A stretch of DNA of 16,309 nt from Oligoflexia bacterium (GCA_043732305.1 JAYTHU010000050.1:1-16309), one strand, 5' to 3'. Shown: positions 6,801 to 14,451, counted from the stretch's first letter. The notes: a model not told the origin generated them from the sequence alone. Numbers and translations are program-made.

Positions 6801-9245
6801 CAATATTTCCGTGTAGAGACTCTTCAAGCACCCACAATTCCAGTTCGTGAACAGTATGTGAAAGAATTATTGGCTCGAAAAGAGATTCAAGCTTTTGGGT
6901 ACCATATTGATGTTTCCGACATAACCAATAAAGTCATTGCAGATCAAGACCAAGCGCGTGAAGTTTTGGCGAGATACTTTGTAAAACGTGCAGACACTTT
7001 AGCTGAAGAAAATCAGGAACCGTCTTTTGAAGGTTTTGTAAAAGCTGTCGGAATTCTCACTAAAGAATTACAAAAGAACACTGCTTTGAGAGCGTCGCTT
7101 AAAATCGACCGCGCAGTGATTCAGCAGTTGTTGTCCAAAGGTTTCACCATGACCCTGAACCCAGATCTTCTGGGACCTGATGATTTTCATAAAAAATTAG
7201 CCGATCCTCAAGCCGCTTGGAAATGGCAACAAAAAGGTTACGCCGGTCCGATTAAATTTAAAGAACAGATGATCAATATCATGCGCGGACAATTAAATCC
7301 GAGTAGCACACAAAATGTGGCTAGTACTTTTATATTGAATGGTGAATCTGGGACTGGGAAAACGCAGGCCATTAGGAGCTTCTTTGTAGATTTCTTGGGT
7401 CTCAAAGAATACAACATCAAGGCTCGAGATTTCACCTTAGGAGACGGCCGGACGGCAAATGCGGAAGCAGGTATTTTCATTCTGCATTGTCCTAGTATCG
7501 CAGATCCAAATATTCAGAGAATTCCAACCACGAATAAAAGTTCAACCATCATTTTAGATGAAGCTTTGCGGCATATTGATTTGTTTTTCACATCCGTTCA
7601 CGGTCAGCGCGGTGTTTTAATTCTAGATGACATTCATGATGCCAACAATTCCGTAAAGGAAGCGCTGCTGAAACGCGTTCGTTCTATTTTAGATCAAAAG
7701 ACAATCGAAGCTGTTTCTGCCGAAGGTGGGGAGCTCGTGACTGTTCCCACTCGTAATATCACGATTGGACTCACCATGAACTTCAAGCCAGATAAAGACA
7801 TGATTAAAAAAGTAGCTAAAAACGAGGTCAGTCCCACTAGGGATGAGTTGATTTTAGCAACGCTTTCCACACCTCACGCGATCTTGGACGATTCCTTTTT
7901 AAAGCGAATCACAGCCATTGTTCCCATGGACATTCATCCTAAAGATGCCAAGGGTCCGCAACTGACGCTTGAACTTGCAAATGTAGCTCGCCGTGGTTTT
8001 TTGAACAATCAAGTTCTGACTTTTGTGAGTCAGGATGTGATCACTACTTTAGTCGACAAATTTCCAACTACTGATGTGCGTACCTTTATGGATCCCGCAG
8101 AGAAAAATCTTTTGCAAACCAGCAGAAGCACGGGAAATCTATTTGTTACAGTTTCGAAAATCTCCCCTCACCAAACGTCTTCGAGTGGGGATGGACCAAG
8201 AGAAAAAATTGCCCATTACATTAAAGACAATACAGAAAAAGTTTCTATAGAAAATACCTTACGCGGAAAAATAGAGTTCATGCGTTACATGATTGATGGT
8301 TCAAGAAAAGTAATTTTTGAATCGATTTTAAAAAGCTTAAACGAAAACCCTGCCTACGCTGCTGGACCAGTGAACCAAAAAAATCTTGGAGCACCTGCAG
8401 CTAAAGCCATTCATGACCATTTATTGACGATTCCTTCTTTGCCGATTGAAGAGATGAATCTCAACCCTTCGCTGCTTCAGGTCAATAGTTTCCATGAGAA
8501 GAATCAATTTCGCTCGATTTTAAAATCAATCATTGAATCCCAGCGAGCGACAATGGGTTTTTCGATTCCACACATGGGTGCTTTTATTTCAGATGGATTA
8601 TTGGGAGATTCGAATTGGGATTCTGAGGATGATGGAATGTCACAGCGCACGCGTTTGAAGGTCGCTCAAGAGACCATGGAAAAAATCAAACCTGTTACTG
8701 TAAAAGTGATGGCGGAGATGTTGCGAGTTAAGTCTTTGGAAAAATATCCAGAACCAGAGAAATGGATAGAAAGTCTCAATAAATCGGATCCTGCATTTTT
8801 GATGAGAGACGCTGGAACCGCAATGACCGAGGCCCTTTCGGAATATATTATTGAGATGTATGGGGCGATGGTTAAAGAAAACCATGCAGAAAGTTTAAAT
8901 CCCGGCATTCCAAAAATGTCTACTTACGATAGTGTTCGGATATTTGCCTTAGCTGTCGACAAGGTTCTCGCGCAAATGCCTTGGGAAAACATGACGAGCT
9001 TCATGATTAAAAATCTCAACTTTGCTGTCGATAATTTGGACATGGGTCACGCCTCTGCACTTCAGTATCTTTTGTTTGAAAGTAAATTTTCTCTTCTCAA
9101 TGGAAAACATTTGAGCTTGGTTACAGGTCATGCGCAAGTCATGCCTTTCATTGAACAGCAAGAATCAGTGGAGAGAACATTGCACAAAAGATTTACAACT
9201 CACTGTGATGTCATTCTCTCAGGTCTTTCCCGAGGTAGCTTATGA
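3831..9245 (+). CDS. Giant (1804 aa) signal-peptide protein with an unknown N-terminal region and a ClpA/ClpB-like AAA+ C-terminal half
   Basis: Signal peptide MRLIFLVFALVFVITGSGLNSAWA. FILNGESGTGKT P-loop (GESGTGKT at 7341-7364). GVLILDDIHDANNSVKEALL, TVPTRNITIGLTMN and DSFLKRITAIVPM resemble the Clp NBD2 motifs [34 protein letters not shown] and PEFLNRIDEVVVF. Starts 17 nt after the prkA stop. Confidence 0.75.
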   Translation: MRLIFLVFALVFVITGSGLNSAWANREETSGSPYLVVVEDQQGQSSRKPGIYKRDSTGKWLPLIMGKVSSLSAVGQYYLPLENFKKNLRFDSLAIVDRRVHIFNINSEMSVSSSILILDGSSGQGHMQVLDPLTSQSIEVPLINTPQEFAFTSVPLQFIVSKLDKIGEVLLLSIHSPHLHGDGVTFPVFLGEHETPSSAPKVVNASHLLEGKFRDGIQLSRRILGSEKSRTPTGYLSQQVINQYARVLPGDGPEIESWRNNVHAKGENIFNLPPSEYRELPQVSIFNGETVTPKIPTLVLAKYPDVEIRYIWDPKGLLSGVYVVPSTGDTNFGFILSNVVQHKCLFLGNISHDSLGFSKNVYAEIGIYSFTDDVGGIHLIQAPSKSEPAIVNLKPPSDLEVIEKSFHIDREDQNIIASWGYKNGSSSTYLYHYILSVPESYIKIISMTEISRKYFNYANLLFRTSRHNGKTYFDTDTPALDTKATYALAHDLSSSHVDLEESAKHNTLILKSLRATKQTVLLESLKYLEYQNVKSSITMSGIYEASDEKQLVSTQVLEPIHIPLYIPGTFVLQKKRIVLLKQNIPTSIDMAIVLSDASRMNGQSNFQANLLLASKGKVFLAKLATIDYPLASLEDIEIHVPFFNNATSDQMLAYVKIKDQGVFPIPFTVSKDESLEARFTQTILNRDSFKLFSGQSIASKANILSRLRYDKNGAIYWVLTGEVSDSEPGFTIRNLITGETVNHHNMKISLFQAGKPVESNTGASSWRYYVPDLKDPVGSSQRYKTDLFSNFKNLLEDMADPRKPPQRVVMIVPEDIKQYAASYPLALYLKHHDRSAQWSRDSSGMKLFVPRDNYFSQEDVLQNFSVMEQNEIAGRSRSFFYGVLSHFSQKAKPEPKNPEDEKTFTILEPKLSENMFDEASADGKVVTDNSDKVNPHFLYLLVTEGHHVPIEKFVAQKWDHPKISSLIIATKEEWDAYITKESFEDKLNLKQYFRVETLQAPTIPVREQYVKELLARKEIQAFGYHIDVSDITNKVIADQDQAREVLARYFVKRADTLAEENQEPSFEGFVKAVGILTKELQKNTALRASLKIDRAVIQQLLSKGFTMTLNPDLLGPDDFHKKLADPQAAWKWQQKGYAGPIKFKEQMINIMRGQLNPSSTQNVASTFILNGESGTGKTQAIRSFFVDFLGLKEYNIKARDFTLGDGRTANAEAGIFILHCPSIADPNIQRIPTTNKSSTIILDEALRHIDLFFTSVHGQRGVLILDDIHDANNSVKEALLKRVRSILDQKTIEAVSAEGGELVTVPTRNITIGLTMNFKPDKDMIKKVAKNEVSPTRDELILATLSTPHAILDDSFLKRITAIVPMDIHPKDAKGPQLTLELANVARRGFLNNQVLTFVSQDVITTLVDKFPTTDVRTFMDPAEKNLLQTSRSTGNLFVTVSKISPHQTSSSGDGPREKIAHYIKDNTEKVSIENTLRGKIEFMRYMIDGSRKVIFESILKSLNENPAYAAGPVNQKNLGAPAAKAIHDHLLTIPSLPIEEMNLNPSLLQVNSFHEKNQFRSILKSIIESQRATMGFSIPHMGAFISDGLLGDSNWDSEDDGMSQRTRLKVAQETMEKIKPVTVKVMAEMLRVKSLEKYPEPEKWIESLNKSDPAFLMRDAGTAMTEALSEYIIEMYGAMVKENHAESLNPGIPKMSTYDSVRIFALAVDKVLAQMPWENMTSFMIKNLNFAVDNLDMGHASALQYLLFESKFSLLNGKHLSLVTGHAQVMPFIEQQESVERTLHKRFTTHCDVILSGLSRGSL

Positions 9246-12200
9246 AAAAATTATTGTTAATAATTATGCTTCTTTTAGGTTCAATTCTTCACGCTGAAGA
9301 AGATCAAGGCGCATATTTAGGAAACAAATGCGCGCGCGTCCTCGGGTGCCTTGGCAGTTGCGGGGGACATCCAAAGATTATTCAAATTGCAAGCGGCGAA
9401 GACACCGATACTTTTCAGCAGAGTGTTGCCGACGCAAAAATCATTTACGGTATTTCTAATAAGCTTAATTATTTCATACCCGACAATATCATTCGTCACG
9501 CTACCGGTATTGAGATGGCGGCTGTCGCAAGTGTAGGTGGGCATCCAGCACCGGTTTGGTCATCTGGAGCAAAACTTGTCGCAGGAGTTGGCGGCACCAT
9601 GGGAGTTTACGAAGTTGTTTTTCCCGGCCGAAGTTTTCATGATCAGTACATTCGCTCGGGGAATTCTGTTCATGACAATAGAACTGTATTTCCTCATGTT
9701 GCTGGTCACTATCATTTTGCGGTCAAGCATCCAGTTTCTCGCATAAGAGATTTGGATCAGATCGGTGACACCGAAAAATTAGCGGAATACATGAGTGAGA
9801 TAAAACTTAAAGTGAATGAGAGTGAATATTCTGATTGGTATCACCGTTTAGAAACTCTCTCTTATTTGCAAGATCTATCTCGCGGTTCTTATTACCCTCC
9901 ATCACATTTTGAACCAAGTAAGACGACTGAATTTTCCACTGAGAGTTCGGAGGATAAGGTAAATCCTTTGTCTCCTACTAGTTCAGTTATGCAGGCGTTG
10001 GTGGCAAATTTACCCGCTACTACCCCAGGCTGGAAAGTGAACATGGCGCAACTTTACGAGAAAACTGTAAAGATTATTGGCTCCTACACACAAACCAAAG
10101 TGATGAACGAAGGCTTTGCTGTTTTATCCCAATACTTACATCTGAAGCATGCGCCTGCCGATTGGCGAACGAGTGCTGATGCTGCTGAATTCGCGCAAAT
10201 CAATTCTGGGGTAGTATTCCCAAAGTTGAATAATCCCTACTGGCTTGGAGTTGAAGCTTGGAGAATTCACTACGCTCAATTTAAAAATAAAATGGCATCA
10301 CTAAATCTTTCAGATTTAGATTTGGACGCTCGTTTCGTGACTGAAATCGTAGATCCTATTTTAGAGTCAGGTTACAACGATTACACTTTTGTGCGTGCAA
10401 CCTTTAACGAAAAATGGGTAGAGAAACATAAATTATTTCTCTATAAATCAGAAATTCAAGGGCATGAAGAAGTTAAGATTGTGGTAACCCAAGACCCCCA
10501 ACGCATTGTGAATTCGTTTTCTCAGATGTTTAATAAAGACATTCACTTTGCTCGTATTGAACTTGTGAATCTCAATGAAAATAGAACTGGAACGGTGCTG
10601 CTGAGACACACGCCTGCGTATGGCATTCCCTTGAAATTAAGTTCCATGGCTCCAGCGCTTTATCAAGTGGCAAGATTCATGAAAGCTCCCATAAAATTAG
10701 AAACCATTTGGACAGCTATGTGGTTTCAAAGCAAAGGCAATTCCAAAGCGAGTCCTCAGGAGACGGGGCCGATGTCTGTTCAAGTGGATGCTTCTGGAAA
10801 AGTTCAGCTGAATTTATTTAGTGAAAAAATTCCCCCTGAAGTTCAAAAATCTCTGAGAGATTTTTTTCAGAGTTCTGTCGACGAATTTAAAAAAGACTTG
10901 ACCCTCTCTTATGGTAGTCAGCCTCTGCCTTTAGATGTGGCATCAATGAAAGCCGGCTCAGATCACGAAGCTCCCATCACTGGTGTGGACAGTTCGCTCC
11001 TTGGACATATGCCCACGACCACGCCCGCTATTTTAGAATTTATTAAGATGCGCGATCGAAGATTTCTGATTGCAGCTAAAGCCGCAATACGTGGCGAAAC
11101 CAAAAATGCTTTTAGCGCTAGCGGTGTTGTCGTAAAAGTTCTTCCAGACACTCCTATGCTCGAAAACGACACTCGCATTATTGGTGTCAGAAAAAGTTTT
11201 CGACAAAATAATCTTGGTCCGGCATCGATGATGACTCACTTTGGTGGAACCATGGCGCAGACGATCCCCGATGAAGATATGGATATTTCAGCAGGTGACA
11301 AATTGCCTGGCGATATCTTAGATCGCAAACCCGCTGGTGGTGGCGGCGGGAGTGGGCCGGGAGATGGTAATGGAGACGCGGATAAAGAGAGCGGCAAAGG
11401 TGCCAGCGGTGGTGAAGCCGATCCTCAGATGGAAGAAATTCCACAAGGTCTATATGGAAAAATGCTCGCCGAAGATATTGAAATTAGAAATCTGCGGCGC
11501 ACTTCGCAGAAGGACATCGACACTAAATCTTTTATTAAAGAAGGCGATGTTCGCAGGGCAAGCAATGATGTGAACTGGCCCAAAACTTCTGCTTCCGCTT
11601 ATGAAATGGGCTTGGTCATGCAGAAGCGTGAGAACATGAAACTTCCTGAAGGTCAGAAAAAGAAACGAACAAATCTTGAGCTGATCAGGTTCGGTTATAA
11701 ATTTCTGCCACAAAATCAATACACATCGCCTTCGCTCGATATTCAATTCGAGCCAAGTTATAGTGTCGTATTGATGGTGCTGGCCGATGTGTCTGGCAGT
11801 ATGAGCAAAGAGCATAAAGAAGCTATGAGGCGCGCAATATACAATGAAGTGGCTGCGCTCGAGGCGGCTCATAAAAAAGTCACAGTTCGATATTATCATT
11901 ACAGCCAAGGTGCTAAAGAAGTTTCTGTTAAAGAGTTTTATACTAAGTCAGAAGGGTCTTCAACGGACACCGCTGCCGGCATTACACTGGTAGCATCAGA
12001 TTTAGAAAAGGACCATCCGCGAGATAAAATCAATCGGGTTGTCAGTATTTTCTCTGATGGTGACGATAGTACTCCTGATGCATCTGCAGCATTGGGCGCA
12101 GCCCTTGCGGAGAAGGTTGATTTTCTGACGTATGCCAACATTGATCCAGAGGGCAAAAAAGTGGGCCCACTTTCTGAATCCTTTGAAGCCCTGAGCAAAC

Positions 12201-12292
12201 GTTCACCAGACAAAGTGGGATATGCTAACATCAGCGCCGATCCTGCGACTGTCTATCGCGCAATCAAGAATTGGTTTGGAAAACGTAACTAA
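9242..12292 (+). CDS. SpoVR(YcgB)-YeaH(YhbH/DUF444, vWA) fusion protein, 1016 aa, with signal peptide
   Basis: SpoVR motifs: YEVV, HVAGHYHF (9695-9718), QTKVMNEGFA (10091-10120), NPYWLG (10232-10249), YNDYTFV. YeaH motifs: RDRRFL, GDILDRKPAGGGGGSG, LAEDIEIRNL, DVSGSM MIDAS (11786-11803), AKEV..KEFY..SEG..T, SDGDD (12053-12067). ATGA overlap with the upstream stop and a GAGGT RBS (9232-9236). Confidence 0.85.
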   Translation: MKKLLLIIMLLLGSILHAEEDQGAYLGNKCARVLGCLGSCGGHPKIIQIASGEDTDTFQQSVADAKIIYGISNKLNYFIPDNIIRHATGIEMAAVASVGGHPAPVWSSGAKLVAGVGGTMGVYEVVFPGRSFHDQYIRSGNSVHDNRTVFPHVAGHYHFAVKHPVSRIRDLDQIGDTEKLAEYMSEIKLKVNESEYSDWYHRLETLSYLQDLSRGSYYPPSHFEPSKTTEFSTESSEDKVNPLSPTSSVMQALVANLPATTPGWKVNMAQLYEKTVKIIGSYTQTKVMNEGFAVLSQYLHLKHAPADWRTSADAAEFAQINSGVVFPKLNNPYWLGVEAWRIHYAQFKNKMASLNLSDLDLDARFVTEIVDPILESGYNDYTFVRATFNEKWVEKHKLFLYKSEIQGHEEVKIVVTQDPQRIVNSFSQMFNKDIHFARIELVNLNENRTGTVLLRHTPAYGIPLKLSSMAPALYQVARFMKAPIKLETIWTAMWFQSKGNSKASPQETGPMSVQVDASGKVQLNLFSEKIPPEVQKSLRDFFQSSVDEFKKDLTLSYGSQPLPLDVASMKAGSDHEAPITGVDSSLLGHMPTTTPAILEFIKMRDRRFLIAAKAAIRGETKNAFSASGVVVKVLPDTPMLENDTRIIGVRKSFRQNNLGPASMMTHFGGTMAQTIPDEDMDISAGDKLPGDILDRKPAGGGGGSGPGDGNGDADKESGKGASGGEADPQMEEIPQGLYGKMLAEDIEIRNLRRTSQKDIDTKSFIKEGDVRRASNDVNWPKTSASAYEMGLVMQKRENMKLPEGQKKKRTNLELIRFGYKFLPQNQYTSPSLDIQFEPSYSVVLMVLADVSGSMSKEHKEAMRRAIYNEVAALEAAHKKVTVRYYHYSQGAKEVSVKEFYTKSEGSSTDTAAGITLVASDLEKDHPRDKINRVVSIFSDGDDSTPDASAALGAALAEKVDFLTYANIDPEGKKVGPLSESFEALSKRSPDKVGYANISADPATVYRAIKNWFGKRN

Positions 12293-12324
12293 TCGAGCGA
12301 AGCTTAGTCTAAATAAATATTGTT

Positions 12325-12364
12325 AAGAAAAAGAAAGCCCCGCTTTTCAGCAGGGCTTTTTTTT
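12325..12364. terminator. Bidirectional rho-independent terminator between convergent genes
   Basis: A-rich tract, AAAGCCCCGCT-TTTC-AGCAGGGCTTT hairpin, then a T8 run. Lies between the stop at 12292 (+) and the stop at 12390 (-). Confidence 0.9.
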
Positions 12365-12389
12365 ACCAGTTTATTTTGTCTAGCGGTGC

Positions 12390-12971
12390 TTAGTGTTTTG
12401 CGCCGAGGTAATTCTTCACGCCTTCGGGAGTGGCTTTCATTGTTGAGCTGCCTTTTTTCCAGTTTGCGGGACAGACTTCGCCAGTTTTAGCAGAAGTTTG
12501 AAAAGCTTCAACCACGCGTAGAATTTCTTCCACGTTGCGGCCTACGCCTAAGTTATGAACAGTGATGTAATCGATTTTTCCTTCGGGATTGATCAAGAAA
12601 AGTCCGCGAAGGGCGATTCCAGCAGGGAGCAAAACTCCGTAGTCGCGCGCTACATCTTTGGTTAAATCGGCAAGTAAGGGGTATCGTAATTTTCCAATGC
12701 CACCATCTTTGGGTGCGGTGTTCATCCATGCGCGGTGAGTGTGTTCGCTATCGACTGAACAGCCAACAACTTCAGCGCCGAGAGCTTTGAACTTATCCAA
12801 ATTTTCGTCGAATGCGAGAATTTCTGTCGGACACACGAAAGTGAAATCCAAGGGATAGAAAAATAGAACCAGCCATTTGCCTTTGTAATCGTTGAGCGAA
12901 ATTTCTTTTACTTCGCCAGCGATAACGGCTTTGCCTTTAAAAAACGGTGCAGGTTGTTGTACTTGTGCCAT
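12390..12971 (-). CDS. ahpC: Typical 2-Cys peroxiredoxin (AhpC/Prx1 family)
   Basis: FFYPLDFTFVCPTE (peroxidatic Cys), GRNVEEILR and GEVCPANW (resolving Cys). AAGGAG RBS upstream. Confidence 0.95.
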   Translation of the reverse strand: MAQVQQPAPFFKGKAVIAGEVKEISLNDYKGKWLVLFFYPLDFTFVCPTEILAFDENLDKFKALGAEVVGCSVDSEHTHRAWMNTAPKDGGIGKLRYPLLADLTKDVARDYGVLLPAGIALRGLFLINPEGKIDYITVHNLGVGRNVEEILRVVEAFQTSAKTGEVCPANWKKGSSTMKATPEGVKNYLGAKH

Positions 12972-13009
12972 GAAATGGGGCTCCTTCTTAAAGTTAATTT
13001 GAGGTTAAT

Positions 13010-14422
13010 CTATGCCAGATCTGGCCTTGAGAGCAATCTGTCTTTTCTGTCGTTTAGACTGTTTGCCGATCGGTTGGCCAGCCGAATCCAATAAGCAAAA
13101 AGTGTGGATGCTACAATTGCCAATCCCAAGGCTAGGCCTGTCCATAGACCTTTGAGACCCCAATTTTCTTTGAAGCAAAGCCATGCTCCTATGGGAAGGC
13201 CAAAAATCCAGAAGGCAATGAGATTTGCAACAGCTGGAATTCTTGTTTCTCCGAGTCCTCGCATCGCTCCGGTGCAAATGACTTGAATGCCATCTGCCAC
13301 TTGAAATATCGCGGCTAAGATAATGATTTTAGAAGCCAATTTTATGACGTCAAGATCAGTGGTGAAAATTCCAATAATATGAGAGCCCCATGTTGAAAGT
13401 AAGATTCCTGAGCAAACCATAAAACAGAAAGACAAAATAAAGGCTGCATAGCCTGCTTGGAAACTTCGTTCAGAATCTTTTTCGCCCAAATAATAAGCCA
13501 CCCGAATTGCCGCGGCCATGGAAATTCCCAGTGGGATCATAAATGTGAAGCTCGCGATATTCAGAACGATAGAATGAGCTGCTAAGCTGACTGCCCCAAG
13601 TTTTGAGGCAAGGCCAGTGGAGAGCGAGAATACACCGACTTCGAAAAGCATCTGCAAAGCAGCTGGAGTTCCAAGCAAGAAAAGTTTTTTAAAGTAACTA
13701 TAGTCTATCCTCCAAGAGTGGTGACTGGGCGCTTTGTTTTTTCCTGAGAATGAAAAATAAATCAAGGCCACCGTCATGAGAACTCGATTGATCAAAGTGG
13801 ACAGCGCCGAACCCGGAATTCCCATTTCTGGAAAACCAAATTTTCCATTTATAAAAACCCAGTTCATCCCCAAATTAGAAATATTGGCGGTAACCATCAC
13901 CCATGTCACCCATTTGGAATATCCTGTGGCTTGGAGATATTGTCTGAGGGCGATGAACATCAAGAATGGAGTGAGCGACAAATTATAAATCTGAAGAAAT
14001 GATCTTGTTCCTACGGCAATAATGTTGGGGACGCCAAACATTGTTAGATGATCTGCGATGTAATAATTCAGTATCGTGAGTGGCACGCTTATGATGATTG
14101 CCATGTAGAAACCTTGGAGCTTCCAACGATGGGCTTCTTCAAGATTCCCGCTCCCCAAGTTAGATGCGATAAAAAAATCTAATCCAGAAAGTAGGCCTAA
14201 AGAAAATATTGAAAATATAAAAAATATCGAAGTGCCTAGGGTGACACTCCCTATGGCTACCGCACTAATTTTCCCCACCATGAATGAATCCACTAGTCCC
14301 ATGAGCATCTGCCCAGCTTGCGTAATAATAATTGGGACCGCTAGCACCATCATTGGTTTAATTTGTTCTTTTACCGTTTTCACTTTTTTGCTTTCAATAA
14401 AAATTTTAAAGGCACCAATCAC
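13010..14422 (-). CDS. MATE family multidrug efflux transporter (NorM-like)
   Basis: About 12 hydrophobic segments and the motifs LAVPIIITQ...MGLVDSFMVG, LGTPAALQMLFEVGVF, LAAHSI and FQVADGIQV...GAMRG. GTG start with a GAGGG RBS. Confidence 0.93.
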   Translation of the reverse strand: MIGAFKIFIESKKVKTVKEQIKPMMVLAVPIIITQAGQMLMGLVDSFMVGKISAVAIGSVTLGTSIFFIFSIFSLGLLSGLDFFIASNLGSGNLEEAHRWKLQGFYMAIIISVPLTILNYYIADHLTMFGVPNIIAVGTRSFLQIYNLSLTPFLMFIALRQYLQATGYSKWVTWVMVTANISNLGMNWVFINGKFGFPEMGIPGSALSTLINRVLMTVALIYFSFSGKNKAPSHHSWRIDYSYFKKLFLLGTPAALQMLFEVGVFSLSTGLASKLGAVSLAAHSIVLNIASFTFMIPLGISMAAAIRVAYYLGEKDSERSFQAGYAAFILSFCFMVCSGILLSTWGSHIIGIFTTDLDVIKLASKIIILAAIFQVADGIQVICTGAMRGLGETRIPAVANLIAFWIFGLPIGAWLCFKENWGLKGLWTGLALGLAIVASTLFAYWIRLANRSANSLNDRKDRLLSRPDLA

Positions 14423-14451
14423 TTTCCCTCACTCGTCGACACATCGGCTCG

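Noticed and set aside
11336..11416. G-rich low-complexity DNA as a repeat or G-quadruplex element
   Set aside because: Explained by the Gly-rich loop that is a normal feature of YeaH/YhbH proteins.
1414..12231. Numerous short antisense and alternate-frame ORFs inside the three large genes, including 11450-11908
   Set aside because: They are shadows of long, motif-bearing coding frames, with no RBS or family motifs recognised.
940..12359. Both terminators share a GCTGAAAAG loop region (first on +, second on -), hinting at a repeat or element boundary around the operon
   Set aside because: The shared stretch is short and explained by a common GAAA-tetraloop terminator style. No target-site duplication or integrase was seen.
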